In this document: positions 48,996 to 58,155 of the stretch, one piece after another
Layout: each line of letters opens with the position of its first letter
Position numbering within the stretch: position 1 is the stretch's first letter
Assembly: GCA_964390845.1 (NCBI GenBank)
Contig: CAYMIL010000001.1
Location: 11,307-75,306, forward strand
Reading direction: 5' to 3'
DNA length: 64,000 nucleotides
From: an uncultured Candidatus Saccharibacteria bacterium
Lineage (GTDB): Bacteria > Patescibacteriota > Minisyncoccia > Phycocordibacterales > CALRHW01
Program-made: the position numbers and the translations under genes
Notes under the pieces: generated by a model
The model's database searches: none
What the model was told of the DNA's origin: nothing
Seen by the model: only the letters and a program-made list of their open reading frames with translations

Positions 48996-50798
48996 ATGAA
49001 TTCACAGCAGATTCGAAGCGCATTTTTGGCCTTTTTTAAAGAACGCGGACACGCCGTGTTGCCCTCAGCATCTCTGGTTACGACTGATGAAAAGGGTGTA
49101 ACAGACAATACACTTTTTAATACGGCGGGTATGCAGCCGCTTATTCCGTACTTGCTTGGCGCACAACACAAAGAGGGTACGCGTCTCGCAAGCTCACAAA
49201 AGTGTTTGCGCACAACTGACATCGACAGTGTTGGAGATAATACGCACGCAACCTTTTTTGAAATGCTCGGCAACTGGTCGCTTGGGGATTATTTTAAAAA
49301 AGAGGCAATAGAGTGGAGTTTTGAATTTCTGACATCAAAAGAAAAAGGTCTTGGCTTGGATCCGCGCCGTTTGTATGTGACGGTGTTTGAAGGAGATGAG
49401 AATGCACCAAAAGACGAAGAGTCGTATGTGCTATGGAAAGATATATTTGCTCGGCACAATATTTCTGGTGAGCGAATCTATTACATGGGCGCAAAAAGTA
49501 ATTGGTGGAGTGCTGGAGACAACGGTCCATGTGGTCCCGACACTGAGATGTTTTATGATCTTACAGGTACGCTTCTTGATGGTATGACGCGGGAGGAGTA
49601 TATGCGTGCTGACGATGAGCAGAAGGTTGTCGAAGTTTGGAATGACGTCTTTATGGAGTATGAAAAGAAAGATGGTCGGGTTGTGGGTAAGCTTCCGCGA
49701 CACAACGTCGACACAGGTGCTGGCCTCGAGCGCTTACTTGCTGTGCTGTCTGGTGCGCGGTCTATTTTTGACACAGACGTGCTTGCTCCGCTTGTGCGTG
49801 TGGCCGAAAAAATAGCGGACACAACTCGAGCACAACGTATCATTGCTGACCATATTCGCACCTCAGTATTTCTTATCGCCGACGGCGTTACGCCCTCAAA
49901 CACAGATAGAGGCTATATTCTTCGCCGACTTCTTCGTCGTGCAGTGCTCAATACACGCACACACAACATAGATGCAGGTACATTGAGTGAATTTCTCGGG
50001 CATGTTTCCACGGTATATGGCACAGAATATCCAGAAATAACAGCACAGCGTGCATCGATTGAAAGTGTTATACATCAGGAGGTGGAAAAATTTAGAAAAA
50101 CGTTGTCTGACGGTATAAAGCAGTTTGAGAAAATAATATCGCAATCACAAGGCACCATTTCTGGCACCGATGCATTTGTGCTTTTTTCTACGTATGGTTT
50201 CCCAATAGAAATGACACAGGAACTTGCTCAAGAACGAGGGGTGAAAGTCGACATGGAGAGTTTTAAAACTGAGTTTTCACAACACCAAGAACGCTCTCGC
50301 GCGGGTGCTGAGCAAAAATTCAAGGGAGGTCTTGCGGGGACAGACGACATGTCTGTGCGGTACCACACTGCTACACATTTGTTGCATCAAGCGCTTCGGG
50401 ATGTTCTTGGCGAGCATGTAGAACAGCGTGGTTCAAATATTACTCCTGAGCGATTACGATTTGATTTTACGCATCCTCAAAAAATGACAGACGAAGAGAA
50501 GCGTCGAGTTGAAGAAATTGTAAATCAAAAAATTACAGCATCTCTCCCAGTACACTGTGTTGTGTTGCCAAAAGACGAAGCACTACGCACAGGTGCACGA
50601 CACCTTTTTAATGAAAAATATGGAGATGAAGTGAGTGTGTATATTATTGGCGACACACTCGACACGGCATATTCAAAAGAATTTTGTGGTGGACCACATG
50701 TAAACAATACACGTGAGCTTGGCGTCTTCTCAATCGTGAAAGAAGAAGCAGTTTCTTCAGGCGTTCGACGCATCAAGGCAATTCTTTCTGTGGTATAA
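48996..50798 (+). CDS. alaS: alanyl-tRNA synthetase, short form (catalytic + editing, no C-Ala domain)
   Basis: class II motifs, editing HxxxH (HTATHLLH) and CGGPHV. Confidence 0.85.
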   Translation: MNSQQIRSAFLAFFKERGHAVLPSASLVTTDEKGVTDNTLFNTAGMQPLIPYLLGAQHKEGTRLASSQKCLRTTDIDSVGDNTHATFFEMLGNWSLGDYFKKEAIEWSFEFLTSKEKGLGLDPRRLYVTVFEGDENAPKDEESYVLWKDIFARHNISGERIYYMGAKSNWWSAGDNGPCGPDTEMFYDLTGTLLDGMTREEYMRADDEQKVVEVWNDVFMEYEKKDGRVVGKLPRHNVDTGAGLERLLAVLSGARSIFDTDVLAPLVRVAEKIADTTRAQRIIADHIRTSVFLIADGVTPSNTDRGYILRRLLRRAVLNTRTHNIDAGTLSEFLGHVSTVYGTEYPEITAQRASIESVIHQEVEKFRKTLSDGIKQFEKIISQSQGTISGTDAFVLFSTYGFPIEMTQELAQERGVKVDMESFKTEFSQHQERSRAGAEQKFKGGLAGTDDMSVRYHTATHLLHQALRDVLGEHVEQRGSNITPERLRFDFTHPQKMTDEEKRRVEEIVNQKITASLPVHCVVLPKDEALRTGARHLFNEKYGDEVSVYIIGDTLDTAYSKEFCGGPHVNNTRELGVFSIVKEEAVSSGVRRIKAILSVV

Positions 50799-52000
50799 TG
50801 TACGGCATGTCAGAGGTAAATCTCGTACTCGACATCGGAAACGGTAGTGTCGGCGCGGCACTTGTCGTCTTTGCGCGCGGCGCGAAACCCCGTATGGTGT
50901 TTACTCACCGAGCACCTCTCTCTATTCCTATACAACCAGACTCAAAACATCTCTCTGCGGTGATGCTCTCTGCGCTTGAGTCGGCGGTTTCGCATGTGGC
51001 AGAGCAGGGCCCACACGTTCTCCACTCGCTTGGCATAAAAAACGAAAAAGTTCGTCACACATTTTGTATCTTGGCATCACCATGGTATGCCTCAAAAACA
51101 AAAATTGTTCACATCGAAAATAAAGATCCTATTTTTATTACAAAAGGTTTTGTACGCGAGTTGCTCGACAAAGAAGAAGGGTTGTTTGAAGAAAATCTAC
51201 TCGTACACAGCGAAGGTGTTTTTTCCAAGGGCGACTTTAAGGTAATTGAGAAAAAAGTAATTCATACAACACTCAATGGTTATAGCACATCGAGTCCGTA
51301 TGAAAAACGAGCTGAGCATATTGAGCTTGCTATCCACCTAAGTGTCGCTCCTACGAGCGTTGTCGATGCGATCGAGCGCATTGTGGGCAAGTTTTTCTAT
51401 GCAAAACACATGCTTATTCACTCGTTTCCTCTAGTGGGGCAAAGCGTAGTGAGCGACCTAGCGCCATCAGAAACAAATTTCCTCTTTGTTGATGTGTCTG
51501 CTGAAGTGACAGACGTTTCTTTTGTTGAAAACCATGTTCTTATGGAAACTGCGTCATTTCCTATGGGTAGAAATCATTTGGTGCGGGAGATAGCAAAGGC
51601 ATTTGATGTAACAACAGACATCGCGATGTCATTTGCGAGTTTGCACGCACACGACAACGCCGAGCGTGCTGTTGCGCAAAAAATTGATGCAACATACGCA
51701 GAGGCACACACTGTGTGGGGAAATTATTTTTCGGGAGTAGTGAGCGACATGATACGGGAGCGCGTACCCGCAAAAATATTTGTGACAGCAGATGAAGAGC
51801 TCGCTCCTGTGTTTGTATCATGTATCAAAAAAAATCTCGCCCCCATGGCGCAAGGCACGATCAATTTGCAGGGAACACCTGTGGTACTTCTCGACACACA
51901 AGCGCTCTGTGCACTTGTCGACACTGATGCGCATACAGCGCACGACCCATTTTTGGCAATCGAAAGCATTTTCTTTTCAAAGTTGTTCAATGAGCAATAA
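50798..52000 (+). CDS. FtsA/PilM-like actin-fold protein with degenerate phosphate-binding motifs
   Basis: LVLDIGNGSVGAALV (phosphate 1-like), FVDVSAEVTDVS in place of DxGGGTxD, adenosine-like MGRNHLVREIAKAF. Confidence 0.4.
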   Translation: MYGMSEVNLVLDIGNGSVGAALVVFARGAKPRMVFTHRAPLSIPIQPDSKHLSAVMLSALESAVSHVAEQGPHVLHSLGIKNEKVRHTFCILASPWYASKTKIVHIENKDPIFITKGFVRELLDKEEGLFEENLLVHSEGVFSKGDFKVIEKKVIHTTLNGYSTSSPYEKRAEHIELAIHLSVAPTSVVDAIERIVGKFFYAKHMLIHSFPLVGQSVVSDLAPSETNFLFVDVSAEVTDVSFVENHVLMETASFPMGRNHLVREIAKAFDVTTDIAMSFASLHAHDNAERAVAQKIDATYAEAHTVWGNYFSGVVSDMIRERVPAKIFVTADEELAPVFVSCIKKNLAPMAQGTINLQGTPVVLLDTQALCALVDTDAHTAHDPFLAIESIFFSKLFNEQ

Positions 52001-52076
52001 CAACTGTTGTTTACAGTGTGAGTGCAATCGTATACAATAGTCTGTATACTTTGAAATTTTCTAGACGCGTACACAT

Positions 52077-53423
52077 ATGATCAAAAAAATTGTGCAGGAT
52101 GTAGTTCCTCCCGAACAAAAAACGATCAGAAACATTCCGATTCCAAGTCGGAGAACACGAGCTCGTGCAAGTGTTTCTTCTACAGCCACACCGACACCAC
52201 CCTCATCTTTTGAAACACCTCGAGTTGAAAGCTTGAGTCGGCGGTATGACACATCTTCTTTGGTTACACCACCACGCCGACATGGTCCTTCAAAAAAAGG
52301 TTTTTGGAGTATCGTCGTTGCGTGCGTCCTTCTTCTTGTGTACGGGATTTCCTTTTTGTTTGTCAGCGCTGAGGTAACCATCACTCCAAAGACAGAAACA
52401 GCAAATATTAACGCCGCACTTGTTGCGAAGAAAAGTGCCGATGAGGGTGTGCTCGGATACGATCTCGTAACTGTTTCAAAAGAGCTCGGAAAAACAGTTC
52501 CGGCACAAGGCGAGGAGTCTGTTGAGAAAAAGGCGTCTGGAAAAATTGTTATTTACAATAAAAACAGCGCTACAAGTCAGCGACTTATTGCAAACACACG
52601 ATTTCAGACTCCCGGCGGCCTTATTTATCGCATTACCGATGCTGTTGTTGTGCCTGGATACACCAAAAAGGGTAGTGATATTACCCCAGGTAGCATATCT
52701 GTAACGGTATATGCGGATAAGCCAGGCGAGACATACAATATCGGCTTCTCAGACTTCACTATCCCAGGCTTTAAGGGTGACCCTCGCTACACAACAGTCT
52801 ACGCTCGTTCTGAAACACCAATGCAGGGTGGCTTTGTCGGAAAAGCAAAAAAAGTAACCGATAGCACTCTTGAGGCTACCGAAGATGAGCTCGAAGCACA
52901 GCTAAAAGAACAGCTTATGATAGAGGCAACATCTCAAATCCCTGATTCATACATTTTGTACCCAGGAGCTGTATCTTATGTTTTTGAAACTATGCCCCAA
53001 ACAGAGACCACAGACACTACCGTTAAGATCAACAAAAAAGGCACCCTCACTGGTATGATAATCGACAAAAAGTCACTCTACGCGGCACTTTCAGAGGAAA
53101 GACCGATCAAAACCCATGATGGGGAAGTATACGTAGCACACCCTGAAAACCTAGAGTTTTCCCTTGGTGCGAGCGAAACCCTTACCCCTGCCACGGTAAA
53201 AGATGTCTCGTTTACCCTCCGCGGACCAGCAAAGTTTGTATGGGTTTTTGATGAGCAGAAGGTCAAAAAAGACCTTGCGGGTAAGCCAAAAAGTAGCCTA
53301 AGTTCGATTCTTTCCTCGTATTCTTCACTGGAGAAAGCAAGGGCGGTGGTAAGCCCAATCTGGAAGAGGTCGTTCCCTAAAGATACTGATAAAATCACTA
53401 TCCGGACAATAGGTGTTGACTAA
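52077..53423 (+). CDS. hypothetical bitopic membrane protein (disordered basic N-terminus, 1 TM, about 350-aa beta-rich ectodomain)
   Basis: follows actin-fold gene; no known domain recognised. Confidence 0.4.
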   Translation: MIKKIVQDVVPPEQKTIRNIPIPSRRTRARASVSSTATPTPPSSFETPRVESLSRRYDTSSLVTPPRRHGPSKKGFWSIVVACVLLLVYGISFLFVSAEVTITPKTETANINAALVAKKSADEGVLGYDLVTVSKELGKTVPAQGEESVEKKASGKIVIYNKNSATSQRLIANTRFQTPGGLIYRITDAVVVPGYTKKGSDITPGSISVTVYADKPGETYNIGFSDFTIPGFKGDPRYTTVYARSETPMQGGFVGKAKKVTDSTLEATEDELEAQLKEQLMIEATSQIPDSYILYPGAVSYVFETMPQTETTDTTVKINKKGTLTGMIIDKKSLYAALSEERPIKTHDGEVYVAHPENLEFSLGASETLTPATVKDVSFTLRGPAKFVWVFDEQKVKKDLAGKPKSSLSSILSSYSSLEKARAVVSPIWKRSFPKDTDKITIRTIGVD

Positions 53424-53443
53424 ATCCCGTATTTTGTTAGTAT
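53415..53443 (+). promoter_or_regulatory. sigma70 promoter TTGACT-N16-TAGTAT upstream of infA/ribosomal protein block
   Basis: read directly. Confidence 0.35.
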
Positions 53444-53465
53444 ATTCCGCATTGCTAATATTGTA

Positions 53466-53684
53466 ATGGACAAGCATAACGAAAAGAACCAGGTTACCGG
53501 CATAGTCACTGAGGCATTGCCGAATACCTTCTTTAAAGTTAAACTTGAAGGCTCCGAAGAGGAAATCCTTACATATCTTGCAGGGAAGATGCGGCTTCAT
53601 CGAATCCGTGTCCTTATCGGCGACAAAGTGGTTGTCGAGCTTGACCAATACGGCGGGAAAGGTAGGATAGTAAAACGTTTATAA
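53466..53684 (+). CDS. infA: translation initiation factor IF-1
   Basis: S1-like OB fold, 72 aa, conserved GKMR..RIRVL.GD.V. Confidence 0.85.
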   Translation: MDKHNEKNQVTGIVTEALPNTFFKVKLEGSEEEILTYLAGKMRLHRIRVLIGDKVVVELDQYGGKGRIVKRL

Positions 53685-53706
53685 ACGAAAAACACACGAA
53701 ATCGTA

Positions 53707-53823
53707 ATGAGAGTTCGAGCATCAGTAAAAAAAATCTGTTCGAAGTGCCAAGTTGTCCGACGCAAAGGATACGTGTATGTCGTATGTAAGAGTAATCCTC
53801 GTCACAAACAGCGCCAGGGCTAA
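53707..53823 (+). CDS. rpmJ: 50S ribosomal protein L36 (38 aa; below ORF-track cut-off, found by hand)
   Basis: [39 protein letters not shown]-x2-C...C...H zinc ribbon. Confidence 0.8.
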   Translation: MRVRASVKKICSKCQVVRRKGYVYVVCKSNPRHKQRQG

Positions 53824-53841
53824 TCCATTTTTCATATATCC

Positions 53842-54222
53842 ATGCGTATCCTAGGTATTACAATTCCAGAAAATAAGCGAATCGAAATCGGCCTTACTAC
53901 CCTCTATGGTATTGGTCGCCCGCTCGCGCACAAGATTCTCGACGAAGCAAAGATTGAATATGGCAAGAAGCCAAAGGATCTTTCTGTTGATGATGAAAAC
54001 AGAATCCGTTCAATTATTGAGCGATTCAAAATTGAGGGTGATCTCAAACGAGAAATTGCGGGTAATATTAAGCGCCTCAAAGACATCAAGGCGTACCGAG
54101 GTACACGACACGCTCGTGGCTTGCCTACTCGGGGCCAGCGCACAAAAACCAACTCTCGAACTCGACGAGGAAACGTCCGAAAGACCATGGGAAGCGGTAA
54201 GCGAACAGTAGAGAAGAAGTAA
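53842..54222 (+). CDS. rpsM: 30S ribosomal protein S13
   Basis: MRILGITIPENKRIEIGLTTLYGIG. Confidence 0.9.
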   Translation: MRILGITIPENKRIEIGLTTLYGIGRPLAHKILDEAKIEYGKKPKDLSVDDENRIRSIIERFKIEGDLKREIAGNIKRLKDIKAYRGTRHARGLPTRGQRTKTNSRTRRGNVRKTMGSGKRTVEKK

Positions 54223-54237
54223 TACACACATACCACA

Positions 54238-54666
54238 ATGGGAAAGAAACGAATTGTTAAAAAGGCAGAGGGTGGAGCAGAAGGAACACAAAAGTCCTCT
54301 GGTTCTTCTTCTAAAAAGAAGGTAGATACGGGTATTTTGTATGTTCAGTCTACATACAACAATACAAAAGTTGTCCTTACTGATGCAAAGGGCAACACTC
54401 TTTGCTGGTCTTCAAGCGGTTCTCTTGGCTTCAATGGCGCAAAGAAAGGTACTCCATTTGCAGCTGCAAAAATCGGCGAAACTCTTGCCGCAAAAGCTCA
54501 AACTATGGGCGTTCGCGAAGTTGCTGTTGTGGTAAAGGGTGTCGGATCAGGACGAGAGTCTTCGATTCGAGGTTTTATTTCAAAAGGTATCAATATTTCA
54601 TCAATAAAAGACGTGACTCCGGTTCCACACAACGGCCCGAAGCCACCTAAGCCACGACGAGTATAA
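54238..54666 (+). CDS. rpsK: 30S ribosomal protein S11
   Basis: GILYVQSTYNNTKVVLTD..., GSGRESSIRGF. Confidence 0.9.
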   Translation: MGKKRIVKKAEGGAEGTQKSSGSSSKKKVDTGILYVQSTYNNTKVVLTDAKGNTLCWSSSGSLGFNGAKKGTPFAAAKIGETLAAKAQTMGVREVAVVVKGVGSGRESSIRGFISKGINISSIKDVTPVPHNGPKPPKPRRV

Positions 54667-54671
54667 AACAT

Positions 54672-55283
54672 ATGATTATCGGACCAAAATACAAAATTGC
54701 GCGACGACTTGGAGCACCTGTGTTTGAAAAAACGCAGACTCAAAAGTACGTCCTCTCTCAGACAAAAAAGACGAAGACGAAGCGTGGTGGCCCAAAGCAA
54801 CGCACAGACTTCGGCATGCAGATGAATGAGAAGCAGAAAGCACGATTCTCATACCTCCTCTCAGAAAAGCAATTTTCAAATTACGTAAAGAAAGCACTCT
54901 CAGCGCAGGGAACAGACAATGCGGGTATGTTGTTCGAGATCCTCGAGCGACGCCTCGACAACGTTGTCCTTCGAGCTGGTTTCGCACACGCTCGCGGTCT
55001 CGCTCGCCAGATGGTTTCTCACAACCACATTCAGGTAAATGGAAAGACAGTAAACATTCCTTCATACCGAGTGTCCGTTGGAGATGTAATCACGGTTCGA
55101 GAGGGAAGTTCAAAGAAGCCTCTTTTCAACAACCTTGAAGAGCGACTTCAGGCGAAAACAGCGCCATCATGGATCAAAGTTGACGCTTCACAGAAGCGAG
55201 CAGAGGTTCAGGGTGCGCCGAAGGTAGATAAGGGGGAGCTTTTGTTTGATCTCAATTCCGTTATTGAATTTTATAGCAGATAA
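54672..55283 (+). CDS. rpsD: 30S ribosomal protein S4
   Basis: S4 domain FAHARGLARQMVSHNHIQVNGKTVNIPSYRV. Confidence 0.9.
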   Translation: MIIGPKYKIARRLGAPVFEKTQTQKYVLSQTKKTKTKRGGPKQRTDFGMQMNEKQKARFSYLLSEKQFSNYVKKALSAQGTDNAGMLFEILERRLDNVVLRAGFAHARGLARQMVSHNHIQVNGKTVNIPSYRVSVGDVITVREGSSKKPLFNNLEERLQAKTAPSWIKVDASQKRAEVQGAPKVDKGELLFDLNSVIEFYSR

Positions 55284-55303
55284 CAAACACCGTTGGACGC
55301 ATA

Positions 55304-55327
55304 CGTCGGCAATACCGACGTTTTTGC
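55304..55327 (+). terminator. intra-operon hairpin + T-run (CGTCGG-CAATA-CCGACG-TTTTTG) between rpsD and rpoA
   Basis: folded by hand. Confidence 0.4.
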
Positions 55328-55345
55328 GTTCCCTCCCACGCCTTA

Positions 55346-55373
55346 TTGCCAGATTTCAAAATTAATGTATAAT
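55346..55373 (+). promoter_or_regulatory. sigma70 promoter TTGCCA-N16-TATAAT upstream of rpoA
   Basis: read directly. Confidence 0.4.
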
Positions 55374-55395
55374 TTACGAATTAACTAAAAACCAT

Positions 55396-56352
55396 ATGGT
55401 ACACCACAGCATCGTTTTGCCTTCGAAACCAAAAATCGTTTCTGAGAACGGATTTTCTGCCGTATACGAAATTGACGGGTTGTATCCTGGCTATGGCCAC
55501 ACTCTTGGCAACTCCCTCCGCCGAATCATCCTCTCATCCCTTCCTGGAGCAGCGATCACATCGGTGAAAATCAATGGCGTGAGCCATGAATTCTCCGTTA
55601 TGGACGGTGTAAAGGAGGATGTTATTACCATACTTCTCAACCTCAAGAAGGTACGCATTCAGATGCATTCTGATGAGCCTGTTACTCTCAACCTCAAGGT
55701 AAAGGGTATTCAGGAAGTTACAGCAAAGGACATTATTGCTCCTGGACAAGTATCTGTACTCAATCCAGATCTTGTTATCGCACACATCACAGACAAGAAC
55801 ACGGAGCTTTCTATGGAAATGCTTGTGGAGAAGGGTCTTGGCTATGTGCCAAAGGACATGATTCAGAAAAACCGAGTAGACATCGGTTCAATCACACTCG
55901 ACGGTGTCTTTACTCCTATCCGACGCGTAAGCTATGAGGTAGAAAACATGCGAGTTGGCGATCGAACAGACTTCAACCGCCTTCGAATCGCAATTGAGAC
56001 TGACGGAACAATCGCTCCTACAGAAGCGCTTTCAAAATCTATTGAAATCATGATCAATCAGCTTAAGGCTATTGTTGGTTTCAAGGAAGAGGAAGTTCTT
56101 GAGAGTAAACCTGTAGAAGCAGAAGACGCGGGCGAGAAAAAAGAGCTCGACCCTGAATTCCTCAAAACTCGAATTGAGTCCCTCAATCTTTCAGCACGAA
56201 CAATGAACGCACTTACTGGCGCAAATATCCGAACAGTTGGTGGACTTGTTCGAAAGAAGGAAAAAGATATTGCTGAAATCGAGGGCATGGGCACAAAGGG
56301 CATTTCAGAAATCAAGAAGGTTCTCGCTGAGTTTGGCGTAACCCTCAAGTAA
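55396..56352 (+). CDS. rpoA: DNA-directed RNA polymerase subunit alpha
   Basis: N-terminal dimerisation domain, C-terminal alpha-CTD. Confidence 0.9.
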   Translation: MVHHSIVLPSKPKIVSENGFSAVYEIDGLYPGYGHTLGNSLRRIILSSLPGAAITSVKINGVSHEFSVMDGVKEDVITILLNLKKVRIQMHSDEPVTLNLKVKGIQEVTAKDIIAPGQVSVLNPDLVIAHITDKNTELSMEMLVEKGLGYVPKDMIQKNRVDIGSITLDGVFTPIRRVSYEVENMRVGDRTDFNRLRIAIETDGTIAPTEALSKSIEIMINQLKAIVGFKEEEVLESKPVEAEDAGEKKELDPEFLKTRIESLNLSARTMNALTGANIRTVGGLVRKKEKDIAEIEGMGTKGISEIKKVLAEFGVTLK

Positions 56353-56367
56353 TACTGTTGTAATACC

Positions 56368-56715
56368 ATGCGGCATCACAAATCTACAAAGAAATTCGGA
56401 CGACCTAAGAACCAGAGAAATGCTCTCGTTGCATCTCTCGCGCGTTCTCTTATCATCAACGAGAAAATTAAAACGACAGAGACAAAGGCAAAGGCACTCC
56501 GACCTGTCATCGAGCAGATGGTTACACGAGGTAAAAACAAGACTGTTGCTTCTCAGCGACTTCTTTCGGCTCGTGTTGGTGCTGAAGGCGCAAAGAAGCT
56601 TGTTGATGTTATCGGTCCTCGATACAAAGACCGAAAGGGTGGCTACACTCGCATCATCAAGCTCGGCAACCGACCAAGCGACAGAAGTGCGATGGCTCAG
56701 ATAGAATTCGTATAA
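56368..56715 (+). CDS. rplQ: 50S ribosomal protein L17
   Basis: MRHHKSTKKFGRPKNQRNAL. Confidence 0.85.
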   Translation: MRHHKSTKKFGRPKNQRNALVASLARSLIINEKIKTTETKAKALRPVIEQMVTRGKNKTVASQRLLSARVGAEGAKKLVDVIGPRYKDRKGGYTRIIKLGNRPSDRSAMAQIEFV

Positions 56716-56719
56716 ATCC

Positions 56720-57064
56720 ATGAAACACACGATTGACGCACAGGACAAAAAGCTCGGACGAATCGCAAGCGAAGCGGCTAAGATTCTCATGGGCAAGCAG
56801 ACAACTCACTACGTAAAAAATACTGTAGAGCCTGTTACAGTGCATATTATCAATGCTTCAAAGGCAAAACTTGATGCAAAGAAACTTCGAGAAAAGGAGT
56901 ATGTTACATATTCTGGTTTCCCAGGTGGTATTAAAACATCTACCGCTTCACATGTTGTAAGCAAAAAGGGTTACAGTGAATTGTTCCGAGAAGCTGTCTA
57001 CGGTATGCTTCCAATCAACAAGTTGCGAGCAAAACGAATTCAGAACTTAATTGTGACCGAGTAA
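56720..57064 (+). CDS. rplM: 50S ribosomal protein L13
   Basis: WHIINASKAKLD.../YSGFPGG. Confidence 0.85.
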   Translation: MKHTIDAQDKKLGRIASEAAKILMGKQTTHYVKNTVEPVTVHIINASKAKLDAKKLREKEYVTYSGFPGGIKTSTASHVVSKKGYSELFREAVYGMLPINKLRAKRIQNLIVTE

Positions 57065-57071
57065 AACGTCT

Positions 57072-57479
57072 ATGAATACAGAAGATAACAAGCGATATAT
57101 TGAAACGATTGGCCGACGTAAAACGTCTGCGGCACGTGTTCGAATCACAGAGGCAGGGAAAACATCTATTACGGTAAACGAACGAGACTACACAGCATAT
57201 TTCCCGACAGATGCTCTCCAGATTGTAGTAAAAGAACCTTTCACAACATCAGCTATCACAGCAAAGTTTAAGGTTACAGCTGTACTTAAGGGTGGTGGTA
57301 TCAGTTCTCAGGCGCAAGCCCTCCGACATGGTATTTCACGAGCACTTGTTGCATACGATGCGGAGCTTCGAAAGAAACTCAAATCATCAGGACTTCTTAA
57401 GCGAGACGCTCGAGCAAAAGAACGCCGAAAGTTCGGTCTCAAGAAAGCTCGAAAAGCTCCTCAGTGGTCGAAGCGATAA
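57072..57479 (+). CDS. rpsI: 30S ribosomal protein S9
   Basis: GGGISSQAQALRHGISRAL...KFGLKKARKAPQWSKR. Confidence 0.85.
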   Translation: MNTEDNKRYIETIGRRKTSAARVRITEAGKTSITVNERDYTAYFPTDALQIVVKEPFTTSAITAKFKVTAVLKGGGISSQAQALRHGISRALVAYDAELRKKLKSSGLLKRDARAKERRKFGLKKARKAPQWSKR

Positions 57480-57490
57480 TAGAGCTTCCA

Positions 57491-57518
57491 AAAGAGTCCT
57501 GAACGGGACTTTTTTGTT
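57491..57518 (+). terminator. rho-independent terminator after rpsI (AAAAGAGTCC-TGAAC-GGGACTTTTTT)
   Basis: folded by hand. Confidence 0.55.
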
Positions 57519-57563
57519 TGGTTCTTGAAAGCAACACAACGTTTTGATAATCTATGTGTACCC

Positions 57564-58118
57564 ATGACAGAATCTAACACTAATGAAGACATTGTTTTTG
57601 AGCAGGACGCAGAATTTACAGAACGAGACCCTAAAGAAGCACTAGAGAAACTCCGGCAAAAACTAAAAGCGACCGAAGCGCAAAAACAAGAATATCTCGA
57701 CGGGTGGCAGAGAGCAAAAGCCGACTTCATCAACACCCGAAAGCGCGATGAGGAGCATCACGCACAGATGGTGAAGTTTTCAAACGAACAGCTCATTTCA
57801 GATCTCATACCGGTACTCGATAGCTTCGATATGGCGACCGCCAACAAAGAAGCATGGGAGAAAGCTCCAAAAGAGTGGCGCATGGGTGTCGAGTACATCA
57901 ATTCACAGTTACTCTCGACTCTAGGGCAGTACGGTCTTACGCAATTCAATCCCCTTGGGCAAGAGTTTGACCCAAAACAGCACGATGCTGTGGAAACCCT
58001 TGAAACAGACAAGAAAGAAGAGGATAATAAAGTGCTCGTAGTGCTTCAGAAGGGCTACAGTCTCAATGGGAAGTTGATACGTTCAGCAAAGGTAAAGACG
58101 GGTGTATACAATGCATAG
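57564..58118 (+). CDS. grpE: nucleotide exchange factor GrpE (ORF opens at 57525 but that ATG lies in a promoter-like TTGAAA...GATAAT element)
   Basis: coiled-coil N-terminus, conserved C-terminal beta domain. Confidence 0.75.
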   Translation: MTESNTNEDIVFEQDAEFTERDPKEALEKLRQKLKATEAQKQEYLDGWQRAKADFINTRKRDEEHHAQMVKFSNEQLISDLIPVLDSFDMATANKEAWEKAPKEWRMGVEYINSQLLSTLGQYGLTQFNPLGQEFDPKQHDAVETLETDKKEEDNKVLVVLQKGYSLNGKLIRSAKVKTGVYNA

Positions 58119-58155
58119 ATAGTAGTTTATTAATCTAATTCATTCACACGAATAT

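Noticed and set aside
53906-54211. 101-aa alternate-frame ORF within rpsM
   Set aside because: Same-strand overlapping frame of a highly conserved ribosomal protein gene; no independent support.
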